Positions 1 through 12,895 of a stretch of 64,000 bases of DNA are shown here, piece by piece. Location: NCBI RefSeq assembly GCF_009914755.1, contig NC_060926.1, one strand, 5' to 3'. The translations under genes were made by a program, and so were the position numbers. Source of the stretch: the human T2T-CHM13v2.0 reference genome, Homo sapiens. A model generated the notes under the pieces. It was not told the origin of the DNA. It saw only the letters and a list, made by a program, of their open reading frames with translations, and did no database searches. Position 1 is the first letter of the stretch; each line of letters opens with the position of its first letter.

Positions 1-438
1 TATAAAGACATAAAATATGCATTACCAGGGAGTAAGTTATTTTACTGCAATCAGATGTAAAAATATTTCAGTGAGTTATCATTTCTAGAATACCTTCATC
101 ATTCACATTAGCCAGAATTTTCCCCAACTCATTCTTTATATCATGTAATGCTCCTCCTGGTACTTCTCACTTATTTCTTAGAATACAAGCATTCTCACTT
201 AACTGCCATCCAAAAGTAAATGGAAGTTGCTCTTTCCCTTTAAAGATGCCTCCAATTTTAAACAGCAACTTATTCTTTCATGCATGCACTCATTTGTTCA
301 CTTATCAAGTATGATTAAATATGTACTCAGTGCCAGGCACCATTCTAGATGCCAGGCACGCAGTAATAAACAAAACAAAGTTCATCTACAGATGGAGCTT
401 GCCTTCTGTGAGGGAGACATATCCAGTTAGAAAAGAAA

Positions 439-742
439 GACCAGGTACAGTGGCTCACGCATGTAATCACAACCCCTTGGGAGGCCAAGGCAGGACAGAT
501 GCTTGAGGCCAGGAGTTTCAGACCAGCCTGGGCTACATAATGAGATCCCCATTTCTACCAAAAAAAAAAAATTAAAAATTAGTGGGGCATGGTGGTGCAT
601 GCCTGTAGTCCCAGCTACTCCATAGTCTGGTGGAGGAGGATTGCTTGAGTCCAGAAGGTCAAGGCTGTGGTGAGTCAGGATCATGGCACTGCACTCTAGT
701 CTGGGTGACAGATGAGACCTTATCTCACACACACACAAAAAA
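439..742 (+). mobile_element. AluJ-like SINE with CA-converted tail
   Basis: Diverged Alu dimer with A-rich linker; tail acacacacacaaaaaa. Confidence 0.9.
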
Positions 743-1111
743 GGAAGAATATAAACAATAAAAATGTACATATATTTTATGTCAGGATGTAATAAGTATT
801 ATGAAGAAAAATCAGGCAGAGTAAGGTGGAGAGGGTGAACAGAGGAAGAGGGATGCAATTTTAGGAGGGCATCAGAAAAAGTCTCTTTAACAAATGGGAT
901 TTGAGTAGAAACCCTGGATTAAGTGAAAATGGCAAGACCTGCACAGGTATCTTGGGGAAGAACATTCCAGGCAACTGAGGCATGTTTGTTACATTTGAAA
1001 AGCATCCAGTAAGTTGTTGTGGCTGGAGCTAATTGAGGACAGAGAGAAGGACATAGTGGTAGAACATGAGATATGACGGGAGGGGAATACTAGTTCATCT
1101 AGGGCCATCTA

Positions 1112-1245
1112 GGCAGGTGCCTCTAGGTCCTGGTTTGCTTGGGAACAACTCTGGTTTACACCTGTTGCCCTGGAGTGATTGCTCCTAAGGCTCTTTTCAT
1201 TTTCAGAGGAATCCCATTTGTATGATGAATTATATGATAATCTTA
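1112..1245 (+). mobile_element. MER94-like hAT-Blackjack MITE
   Basis: tcctggtttgcttgggaacaactctggtttacacctgttgccctgg...aattatatgataatctta resembles the recalled MER94 consensus. Confidence 0.6.
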
Positions 1246-2739
1246 CTGTTAAGCCTAGGTAAGGACTTTGGATTTAATTCTGAGATAGAAAAGTACTGCA
1301 GGCTTTACATCCAAGAAATGACATCATTTGACTTAACATTGTTAAAAACTATTTGTGAAGAAGAGACTGGAGCAGGAAGTAGGATGAATTCCATAGCACC
1401 TAATCCACAAATGCCAACACAGTGCTGCTTTGGGATGTTTCTTTATGGACATTTAGGTTTTCCTTAAGAAGAATGACATGTCCAAAATATCATGACTCCT
1501 ATTGGCCATTGTATTCTATGTATTGACTTTCATAGATTTCCTTATAATTGAAAATGTTTAATGACATATGAATCCTCAGCTTCTCTATAAGAACTGGTAG
1601 AATAATTATAAACAAGCAACTTTTATATCTAGCAAGTTTCCCTTCTATAAGTGGTAAAGAAAACAAAACAAAACTTGGGCAAATTTAAAGAATACTTAAC
1701 TTGGTCAAAAGACCAAGATGGCTGTATTTACTCTAGTTTTAACCAACGGTTTGCCAAAAATGATATCCTAGGTAATATCAATACTTGTTAAATTACTATG
1801 GACATTTTTCTTGAATAGTCTCTAGTTAGAGTTATGCATGATCTAGAAAACTGTCAAATATAAGTGTAGACTAAAGTTAAAATAAATGGTAAACATATGG
1901 TTATTATTGATTTGAGCAAACTCCATTCTAAATGGAAAAGATGTATACAATAAGCCAGAAAACATCTTTTAAAAATTGCTGAAAAGCTTTCATGTGCAAA
2001 ATTTATTTTTTTTAAAGTTCAAGTCACCTGCCTTCCTACCTGTGTTGAGCTGTGTACTTAAGCTCCAACATAGCAGGGGTGTCTGTTGTAATTCCTCTTC
2101 ACACAAAGAAGTGTGCCAAGAGTTAGTCTTTGGGAGGCAGGGAGATTATATGTAATGATAGAAGGAGTCTTAGTCAACTTGATTTTGGAAAACTGCATTT
2201 CTTTTGTTTTTCCCCTCTGTGGCCAAATTCCAGTCGGGGCTGAGAATTTTCCATCTCAGAGTAGTCCCCAGGGAGACCTAGACAGCAGCAGTCATTCCAG
2301 TGGCTTGGGAAGATAGCAGTGACACTGAGGCTAAGCCACCACCTCCTCAAGCAGCAATAATTCTTGCTAAGGAAGAAATAATGATGTAATATGAAACCCA
2401 TGGACATCAAAATAAGATAGCCTAAATGGCATGGTTATCATCCATGGATGGATTCGAAGCAGGAAGTATGTAAAAAGTTAAAAACAGAAAGTTTTTAAAA
2501 TATAAGATTTTATTAAGAAACACTAAAACTTGAAGAAAGTAATGTATATATGTGTGTATAGATACATAAGTTATATAGAGACTGTTTTAAGTAATGTTAT
2601 AATGGGCTGTCTCCGTTGTACAGTGGTGATGTTTGATGATTCACTTATAGTTTATTGGCATCAGTTTAGTGAAAAACGCATGTTTTAATATGCTTTAGTA
2701 AATCAGTTTTATACAGTTTAACTGAGTTTTTAAAAATCT

Positions 2740-3036
2740 GGCTGAGTGCAGTCTCATGCCTGTAATCCCAGCACCTTGGAAGGCCGAGGCAGGTAGATCA
2801 CTTGAAGTCAGGAGTTCGAGACCAGCCTGGCTAACATGGTGAAACCCTGTCTCTACTAAAAGTACAAAAATTAGCCAGGCATGGTGGCACATGCCTGTAG
2901 TCCCAGCTACTCAGAAGGCTGAGGCACAAAAATCACTTGAATCTAGGAGTTGGAGACTTCAGTGAGCTGAGATCTCGCCACTGCACTCCAGCCTGGGCAA
3001 CAGAATGAGACACTGTCTCAAAAAAAAAAAAAAAAA
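2740..3036 (+). mobile_element. AluS SINE
   Basis: Full dimer with poly(A); flanked by aaaaatct on both sides. Confidence 0.92.

Positions 3037-3084
<48 letters not shown>
3037..3084 (+). repeat. (ATCT)12 microsatellite
   Basis: Twelve perfect units directly after the Alu tail. Confidence 0.97.
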
Positions 3085-3086
<2 letters not shown>

Positions 3087-3574
3087 ATAAATTATATAGT
3101 TTTTCAGATCTGCATCTTCATTCCAAGCAAAAACACCTCACACCAGCATTCACATAGCTATCACTTGCTATGGGAATCTTTTCTGTTATTACATCACTCA
3201 CCTCGGTCATAGAACCCACATGAAAGGCAATAATTACTGAGACTGTCCGGAAGGAAAAAGAAGTTAGAAACACCTGCAGGAAAAAAGATATTTATATACT
3301 CAGGCTTTTAGGAAAAACAGGAAACAAGATGAGAGAAACTCACAGAAACCTGGAAATCCAAAATGGAAACAAAAGTAGCAGATCATCTGCACCCCACCCC
3401 ACACCACCCTCGCCACTCCAAGCAAACCAGTTTCCTATCACAAATTCCACCCTCAGAGGAAGGACTTCAAAAGCAAAGTCAGCCTGTATTATGGAAAGTT
3501 TGGATTCTGTTTCTGGCACATCCCTGCTTTGAGCTCCTGCTAGCAGGGAGAGCCAATGGCCTCGCTACCAATGT

Positions 3575-3790
3575 TTGCTGAGCGCCCACTGTATACAAGG
3601 CCCGGGTTCATCCAGTCATTTTAGGTTTGTAAAACATGTAGCCATTTAACCTAGTTGAGCCCCTCAACAATGCTGTACTCTGGGCTTGTATTCTAGACTA
3701 TTAGCTCTGCCATATAAGTTGAAAAGGTGAGGCAAGAGAAGTAAAGTGACTTATCTAAGTTCATGAAGCCAGTAAGTCGAGACCCCAGCC
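3575..3790 (-). mobile_element. MIR fragment
   Basis: Core-like aaggtgaggcaagagaagtaaagtgacttatctaagttca. Confidence 0.55.
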
Positions 3791-4305
3791 ACTCCCCTCT
3801 TAGTTTCTTGCTCCAGTCTCACAGGGAGTAAGTTCTACTATCCTAATGCTATATCCAAATTTGCACAGATGTCCAGACATACTCATCACTCAGCTAATCT
3901 ACACAGTTGAACACCTGCAACAGAGTCATTTGACTCAGAGCACTGCACCGAGATCCCTTAAAAGATAACAAAAGAAGTACAAAACTGTCTCTGTTTTCAG
4001 CGACCCCTGTACCCTACCCCCACAATGGGGAAGACAAAATACACACATGAAGCACTTTGAAAGGAAGATGTGATGACAACATCTAGGAAATATACCAAAC
4101 TGAAATGCCTTAGAAATGAGAAGAAGCCTCTTAAATAATTCCCCAAATCAATGTGAGCAAGGTTAATACAAGAACAAGTTTTATACATGGATGTAAATCA
4201 ATCATTATAATAAAACTGCTCCGGGTTTGTGTCATAGTTCTTCTTCTTACCTTTAAAATCACTTTTGCTACCTGGCTTGATAAGGACATGGACAAGATGT
4301 GAAGG

Positions 4306-4686
4306 TAATATGGTTTGGTTCTGTGTCCCTACCCAAATCTCATCTCGAATTGTAATCTCCATGTGTCTAGGGAGGGACCTGGTGGGAGGTGACTAGATCA
4401 GGGGGGCAGTTTCCCCCATGCTGTTCTCATGATAGTGAGCAAGTTTTCACTCACTATCTGATGATGATATCTGATAGTTTTATAAGTGTTTGACAGTTCC
4501 TCCTTCACACGCTTTCTCTCTCCTGCTGTGTTGTGAAGAAGGTGACTGCTTCCCCTTCCACTATGATTGCAAGTTTCCTGTGGCCCACCAAGCCATGCAG
4601 AACTGTGAGTCAATTAAGCCTCTTTCCTTTATAAATTACCCAGTCTCAGGCAGTTCTTTACAGCAGTGTGAAAACAGACTAATACA
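4306..4686 (+). mobile_element. THE1 (C/D-like) MaLR LTR
   Basis: Starts taatatggtttggttctgtgtccctacccaaatctcatc, ends ...acagactaataca. Confidence 0.88.
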
Positions 4687-5294
4687 GAAAGTTGGTACCA
4701 GGAGTGGTACTAGAGGAACAGAATTTTAAGGATGGATCTCTTTAGTCGGTTTTGGGGTTTCTGGAGTTGGCTGCTTAATCTGATTAGAGACAAGAGTGCT
4801 AAGGACTGTACTTCTAATAGTATGGAGAACACTGATAGTCCTTGGCATGAACAGTTATGCAAAATAAATGCATTTGATACTCCTGATTCACTCCTCTTGA
4901 GAAACAAGGAGTTCAGTGACCCTATACATAATACTTTTGACTGTATGTGGAGAAACAAGGAATGTAATGAAGTTGGTTGGTTGGTTGCTCCTAAGCTTGC
5001 ATAACAAAGTGATGAAAGAAAAAAGGATAAACTCAGGGATTCCAACTCCTGCCTCCAGAAGCACATATTTAGGCGCAAGTCTTCTAAGATTGCCCTGAGT
5101 GAGAGTCTTACCCCCTGTAGACAAAGGGCTGAAATTGCAGAAAATCAAACATAAGCCTTATGATGTGAATGGCTGGGACCTACAATGGAAGGCGCACACA
5201 CAGACTCGCCAAGTGTCTGCTGTTAAAGTGAGGGCATTGATTGGAAAAGAATGGAACCCTGCAACTTGGATGTGTGGGAGAACACTGATGAAGT
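4687..5294 (+). mobile_element. HERV-L internal 5' fragment (PBS plus disrupted gag N-terminus)
   Basis: PBS-like tggtaccaggagtgg; peptides MENTDSPWHE..LCKINAFDTPDS and RQVSAVKVRALIGKEWNPATW match recalled ERV-L Gag; frameshifted. Confidence 0.88.
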
Positions 5295-5641
5295 TGGCTT
5301 GCTTAGTCTTCTATCTTTCTGTTGTGCTGGATGCTTCCTGTCCTTGATCACTGGACTCCAAGTTCTTGGGCCTTTGGGCTCTTTGACTTACACCAATGAT
5401 TTGTCAGGGGCTCTTGGGCCTTCAGCCACAGACTGAAGGCCACACTGTCAGTATCCCTACTTTTGAGGCTTTAAGACTCATACTGAACCACTGCTGGCTT
5501 CTTTGCTCCTCAGCTTGCGGACAGCCTATCATGGGACTTTATCTTGAGACTGTGTGTGTCAATTCTCCTTAATAAACTCCCTCTCATATATACATATATC
5601 CTATAATAGTTCTGTCCCTCTGGAGAACTCTGACTAATACA
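5295..5641 (+). mobile_element. MLT2 (ERV-L) LTR, 3' part
   Basis: gtgctggatgcttcctg...ggccttcagccacagactgaaggc...aataaactccc...gttctgtccctctggagaactctgactaataca. Confidence 0.85.
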
Positions 5642-8600
5642 GATTTTGGTACCACTAGTGGGTGATTTGGCTGTTCTCAAAAGTCCTTCAAAAGTCACAG
5701 GTGGATTTGGCTGAGCAGACCAAACATGCCAGGTGAAACAGGTGGTGGAACATGTGAAAAAATAATACAGTTAAACAGGAAATTTGAGTTATTGCTGTAA
5801 CGGGGGACCCCTCTCCCCACTGGCATCCATAGACTGGCTAGGCTTAAGGACATCTGGGGTATAGCACTATTTATACAGTTTTCTACATTTCTTCCTTCAT
5901 GGTTGTTAAGAGGGCTGGGGAGGTGCAATGGCTGAGACCAAGGCACATTTCAATCAAACTCAATAAGGAATTCAAACTCAGTTCTTTAAAAGCAAAACCT
6001 TGAGATCACAGGACTGAAAGAAAGCTCTTTAGTTCAGAATCTACCCTCCAGGATAATGAATAATCTGTATTTTATAAACTTCTCCACAGAATTCCATCTC
6101 ATGACTACCTTTGGATGTACAAATTTTACACAATAAAATAAATAGAAAAAAAAAGAGTTCAAGGAGAATTTCACGGTAGAGGAGGTCAATTCTTGTGCCC
6201 TCCTGGTCTCCTCTTCCAGGGCACTCACCACCTGCCATGGCCTCTGCCCTCTGTCCCATCACTCCTGCCCTCACCTGGTCACGGGCCAGACCTCACTTGA
6301 GGGGTTGGCACATGGCCTAATGTGTTAATTAATGCTGATTTAAAGTCTGGTCTGTTCTACATGATGTTGCATTTAAACGGGATTAGCAGCAAGAAGAAAG
6401 AGAGTTTTTACAAGGGGAGAGTAGACCCTCAATGAGCAAACTTGTAAGCCTGGTCCACTCTCTCATCTCCTATCATCATACTCATATCTCTTTTTAAAAA
6501 GCTCCCTAAAGGGATCAAACTGGCTAAAAACAAAAAACAGCAAAAATTTGCATGGCATTTTATTTTATTCATTTATTTTATTCATGTTTCATTTTTTACT
6601 TATGGGTACATAGAAGGTATATATATTTATGGGACATATGAGTTTATTTTAATTTAAAATTTTTGTGGGTACATAGTAGGCACATTTATTAGCAAGGTAC
6701 ATGTTTTGATACAGGCATGCAATGCCTAACAATCACATAATGGAAGATGGGGTATCCATCCTTTTAAGCATTTATCTTTTGTGTTATAAACAATCACATT
6801 GAGTGGTGGGCAAGACGGCAGAATAGAAACAGCTCTGGTCTGCAGCTGCCAGTGAGATCAATGCAGAAGGTGGGTTATTTCTGCATTTCCATCTGAGGTA
6901 CCTAGCTCATCTCCCTGGGACTGGTTAGACAGCGGATGCAGCCCACAGAGGGTGAGCCAAAGCAGCGTGGGGCATCACCTCACCCAAGAAGCACAAGGGG
7001 TCCAGAAACTCCATCCTCTAGCTAAAGGAAGCTGTGAGGGACTGTGCCATGAGGGATGGTACATTCAGCCCAGATACTATGCTTTACCCATGGTCTTTGC
7101 AACCCACAGACCAGGAGATTCCCTTGGGTGCCTACACCACCAGGGCCTTGGGTTTCAAGCACATAACTGGGCATCCATTTGGGCAGACACTGAGCTAGCT
7201 GCAGGAGTTTTTTTTCTTTATACCCCAGTGGTGCCTGGAATGCCAGCAAGACAGAACTGTTCATTCCTCTGGAAAGGGGGCTGAAGCCAGGGAGCCAAGT
7301 GGTATATCTCAGCAGATCCCATGCCCATGGAGCCCAGCAGGATAAGATCTACTGGTTTGAAATTCTCCCTACAAGCACAGCAGTCTGAAGTTGATCTAGG
7401 ATGCTCGAGCTTGGTGGGGGGAAAGGCCTCATACATTACTGAGGCTTGAGTAGGCGGTTTTTCCCTTACAGTGTAAACAGACCTGCTGGGAAGTTTGAAC
7501 TGGGGGGAGCCCACCGCAGCTCGGCAAAGCTGCTGTAGCCAGACTGCCTCTCTAGATTCCTCCTCTCTGGGCAGGGCATCTCTGAGAGAAAGGCAGCAGC
7601 CCCAGTCAGGGGCTTATAGATAAAACTCCCATCTCCCTGGGACAGAGCACCTGGGGGAAAGGGTAACTGTGGGCACAGCTTCAGCAAACTTAAAAGTTCC
7701 TGCCTGCTGGCTCTGAAAACAGCAGCAGATCTCCCAGCACAGTGTTTGAGCTCTGCTAAGGAACAGACTGCCTCCTCAAGTGGGTCCTTGACCCCCTTGC
7801 CTCCTGACTGGGAGACACCTCTCAGCAGGGGCCAACAGACATTTCATATAGGAGAGCTCTGGCTGGCATCTGGCGGGTGCCCCTCTGGGAAGAAGCTTCC
7901 AGAGGAAGGAAGAGGCAGCAATCTTTGCTGTTTTGCAGCCTCCGCTAGTGATACACAGGCAAATAGGGTCTGGAGTGGATGTCTAGCAAACTCCAGCAGA
8001 TCTGCAGCAGAGAGGTCTGACTGTTACAAGGAAAATTAACAAACATAAAGGAATAGCATCAACATCAACAAAAAGGACATCCACACAAAAACCCCATCTG
8101 AAAGTTACCAACATGAAAGACCAAAGGTAGATAAATCCATGAAGATGAGGAAAAAACAGTGCAGAAAGGCTGAAAATTCCAAAATCCAGAATTCCTCTTC
8201 TCTTCCAAAGGATCACAACTGCTCACCAGCAGTGGAACAAAACTGGACACAGAATGAGTTTGATGAATTGACAGAAGTAGGCTTCAGAAGATGGGTAATA
8301 ACAAACTCCTCTGAGCTAAAGGGGCATGTTCTAACCCAATGCAAGGAAGCTAAGAACCTTGAAAAAAGGTTAGATGAATTGCAAACTGGAATAACCAGTT
8401 TAGAGAAGAACATAAATGACCTGATGGAGCTCAAAAACACAGCATGAGAACTTCATGAAGCATACACAGGTATCAATACCCAAATTGATCAAGTGGAAGG
8501 AAGTATATCAGAGATTGAAGACCAACTTAATGAAATAAAGCGTGAAAACAAGATTAGAGAAAAAGGACTGAACAAAGCCCTCAAGAAATATGAGACTATG

Positions 8601-9404
8601 TGAAAAGACCAAACCTACGTTTGACTGGTATACCTGAAAGTGACAGGGAGAATGGAACCAAGTTGGAAAACACGCTTCAGGATATAATCCAGGAGAACTT
8701 CCCCAACCTAGCAAGACAGACCAACATTCAAATTCAGGCAATACAGAGAACAGCACAAAGGTACTCCTTGAGAAGAGCAATCCCAAGACACATATCATCA
8801 GATCCACCAAGGTTGAAATGAAGGAAAAAATGTTAAGGGCAGCCAGAGAGAAAGGTTGGGTAACCAACAAAAGGAAGCCCATCAGACCAACAGCGGGTCT
8901 CTCTGCAGAAACTCTACAAGGCAGAGGAGAGTGGCGGCCAATATTCAACATTCTTAAAGAACAGAATTTCTCAACCCAGAATTTTATATCCAGCCAAACT
9001 AAGCTTCATAAGTGAAGGAGAAATAAAATCCTTTACAGACAAGCAAATGCTGAGAGATTTTGTCACCACCAGGCCTCTGTTACAAAAGCTCCTGAAGGAA
9101 GCACTAAACATGGAAAGGAACAACTGGTACCAGCCACTGCAAATTGTAAAGAACGCCCGCCGACACTATGAAGAAACTGCATCAACTAACAGGCAAAACA
9201 ACCAGCTAGCATCATAATGACAGGATCAAATTCACACATAACAATATTAACCTTAAATGTAAATGGGCTAAATGCACCAATTAAAAGACACAGACTGGCA
9301 AATTGGATACAGAGTCAAGACCCATTAGAGTCCTGTATTCAGGAGACCCATCTGATGTGCAAAAACACAAATAGGTTCAAAATAGACTGATGGAGGAATA
9401 TTTA

Positions 9405-9776
<372 letters not shown>

Positions 9777-10500
9777 TTAAACAAACAAAGATAAAAAGAG
9801 ACAAAGAAGGGCATTATATAATGGTAAAGGGGTCAATGCAACAAGAAGAGCTAACTATCCTAAATATATATGCATCCAAAACAGGAGAAGCCAGATTCAT
9901 AAAGCAAGTCCTTAGAGACCTACAAAGAGACTTAGAATCCCACACAATAATAGTGGGAGACTTTAACACCCCACTGTCAATATTAGCCTGATCAACGAGA
10001 CAGAAAATTAACAAGCATATTCAGGAGTTGAACTCAGCTCTGGACCAAGCAGACCTAATAGACTTCTACAGAAATCTCTACCCCAGTTCAACAGAATATA
10101 CATTCTTCTCAGCACCACATCACACTTATTCTAAAATTGACCACATAATTGGAAGTAAAACACTCCTCAGCAAATGCAAAAGAACAGAAATCATAACAAA
10201 TAGCCTCTCAGACCACAGGGCAATCAAATTAGAATTCAGGATTAAGAAATGCACTCAAAACCACACAACTACATGGAAAGTCAACAACCTGCTCCTGAAT
10301 GACTACTGGGTAAATAACAACATTAAAGCAAAAATAAATAAGTTCTTTGAAATCAATGAGACCAAAGACACAACATACCAGAATCTCTGGGACACAGCTA
10401 AAGCAGTGTTTAGAGGGAAATTTATAGCACTAAATACCCACAGGAGAAAGTGGGGAAGATCTAAAATTGATACCCTAACATCACAATTAAAAGAACTAGA

Positions 10501-10800
10501 GGCCGGGCATGGTGGCTCACACCTGTAATCCCAACACTTTGGGAGGCCAAGGCAGGTGGATCACTAGGTCAAGAGATCGAGACCATCCTGGCTAACATGG
10601 TGAAACCGCATCTCTACTAAAAATACAAAAAATCAGCCCAGCGTGGTGGTGGGTGCCTGTAGTCCCAGCTACTCAGGAGGCTGAGACAGGAGAAAGGCAT
10701 GAACCTGGGAGGCAGAACTTGCAGTGAGCCATGATTGTGCCACTGTATTCCAGCCTGGGCGACAGTGAGAGACTCCGTCTTAAAAAAAACAACACAAAAC
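10501..10800 (+). mobile_element. Alu (Sc/Y-like) inside L1 ORF2
   Basis: Dimer with TSD aa(g/a)aactaga on both sides. Confidence 0.93.
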
Positions 10801-12895
10801 AAAAACTAGAGAAGCAAGAACAAACAAATTCAAAATCTAGCAGAAGACAAGAAATAACTAAGATCAGAGAAGAACTAAAGGAGATAGAGACACAAAAAGC
10901 CCTTCAAAAAATCAATAAATCCAGGAGCTGGTTGTTTGAAAAGATTAACAAAATGGATAGACTGCTAACCAGATTAAGAAGGAAAGAGAGAAGAATCAAA
11001 TAGACACAATAAACACCACTGATCCTACAGAAATACAAACTACCATCAGCGAATACTATAAACACCTCTATGCAAATAAACTAGAAAATCTAGAAGAAAT
11101 GGATAAATTCCTGGACATATACACCCTCCCAAGACTAAACCGGGAAGAAGTTGAATTCCTGAATAGACCAATAACAAGTTCTGGAATTGAGGCAGTCATT
11201 ACTAGCCTACCAACCAAAAAAAGCCCAGGACCAGATGGATTCACAGCCAAATTCTACCACAGGTACAAAGAGGAGTTGGTACCATTCCTTCTGAAATTAT
11301 TCCAAACAATAGAAAAAGAGGGACTCCTCCCTAAATCATTTTATAAGGCCAGCATCACCCTGATATGAAAACCTGGCAGAGACATGACAGAAAAAGAAAA
11401 TTTCAGGCCAATATCCCTAATGAACATTGATGAAAAAATCCTCAGTAAAATACTGGCAAACCAAATCCAGCAGCACATCCAAAATCTTATCCACCATGAT
11501 CAAGTCAGCTTCACCCCTGGGATGCAAGGGTGGTTCAACATACTCAAGGTGGAGTAAAGACTTAAACATAAGACCTAAAACCATAAAAACCCTAGAAGAA
11601 AACCTAGGCAATACCATTCAGGACATAGGCACGGGCAAAGACTTGATCACTAAAACAACAAAAGCAATGGCAACAAAAGCCAAAATTGACAAATGGGATC
11701 TAATTAAACTAAAGAGCTTCTGCACAGCAAAAGAAACTATCATCGGAGTGAACAGGCAACATACAGAATGGGAAAAATATTGCAGTCTATCCATCGGACA
11801 AAGGACTGATATCCAGAATCTACAAAGAACTTAAACAAATTTACAAGAAAAATACAAACAACCCCATCAAACCCATATCCTTTTTGGACAAAGGATATCA
11901 ATAGGCACTTCTCAAAAGAAGACACTTATGCAGCCAACAAACATATAAAAAAAAGCTCATCCTCACTGGTCATTAGAGAAATTCAGTTCAAAACCACAAT
12001 TAGATACCATCTCATGCCAGTTAGAATGATGATCATTAAAAAGCCAGGAAACAACAGATGCTTGAGAGGATGTGGGGAAATAGGAACAATTTTACTCTGT
12101 TGGTGGGAGTGTAAATTAGCTCAACTATTGTGGAAGACAGTGTGGTGATTCCTCAAGGATCTAGAATGAGAAATACCATTTGACCCAGCAATCCCATTAC
12201 TGGGTATATACCCAAAGGATTATAAATTATTCTACTATAAAGACACATGCACACGTATGTTTATTGCAGCACTGTTCACAATAGCAAGGACTTGGAACCA
12301 ACCAAAATGTCCATCAATAATAGACTGGATAAAGAAAATGTGGCACATATACACCATGGAATACTATGCAGCAATAAAAAAGGATGAGTTCATGTCCTTT
12401 GCGGGGAAATGGATGAATCTGGAAACCATCATTCTCAGCAAACTAACACAGGAACAGAAAACCAAACACCGCATGTTCTCACTCATAAGTGGGAGTTGAA
12501 CAATGAGAACACATGGACACAGGGAGGGGAACATCACACACCAGGGCCTGTCGGGGGGTGGGGGGCTAGGGGAGGGATAGCATTAGGAAAAATACCAAAT
12601 GTAGATGATGGGTTGATGGGTGCAGCAATTCACCATGGCACGTGTATACCTATGTAACAAACCTGCACATTCTGCACATGTACCCCAGAACTTAAAGTAT
12701 AATAAAAAAATTAATTATATTATTTTAGTTATTTTTAAATGTAAAACTAAATTATTATCGACTATAGTTACCCTATTGTGCTATCAAATACTAGGCCTTA
12801 TTCATTTACTCTAACTATTTTTTTGTATTGATTAACCATCCTCATGTCTTAAACCCCCACCCCCCCACTGCCATTCCTAGCCTCTGGTAACCATC

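Larger units (their letters stand above)
283..1385 (-). mobile_element. L2 LINE fragment, interrupted by an Alu and MER94
   Basis: L2 3' end signature (cactcatttgttca...tcagtgccaggcaccattctagatg) and later L2-like blocks; ends approximate. Confidence 0.65.

Noticed and set aside
4732-5347. Domesticated Fv1-like gag gene
   Set aside because: Only the gag N-terminus remains, split over three short ORFs with a 4-bp slippage (ggttggttggttg) and stops.
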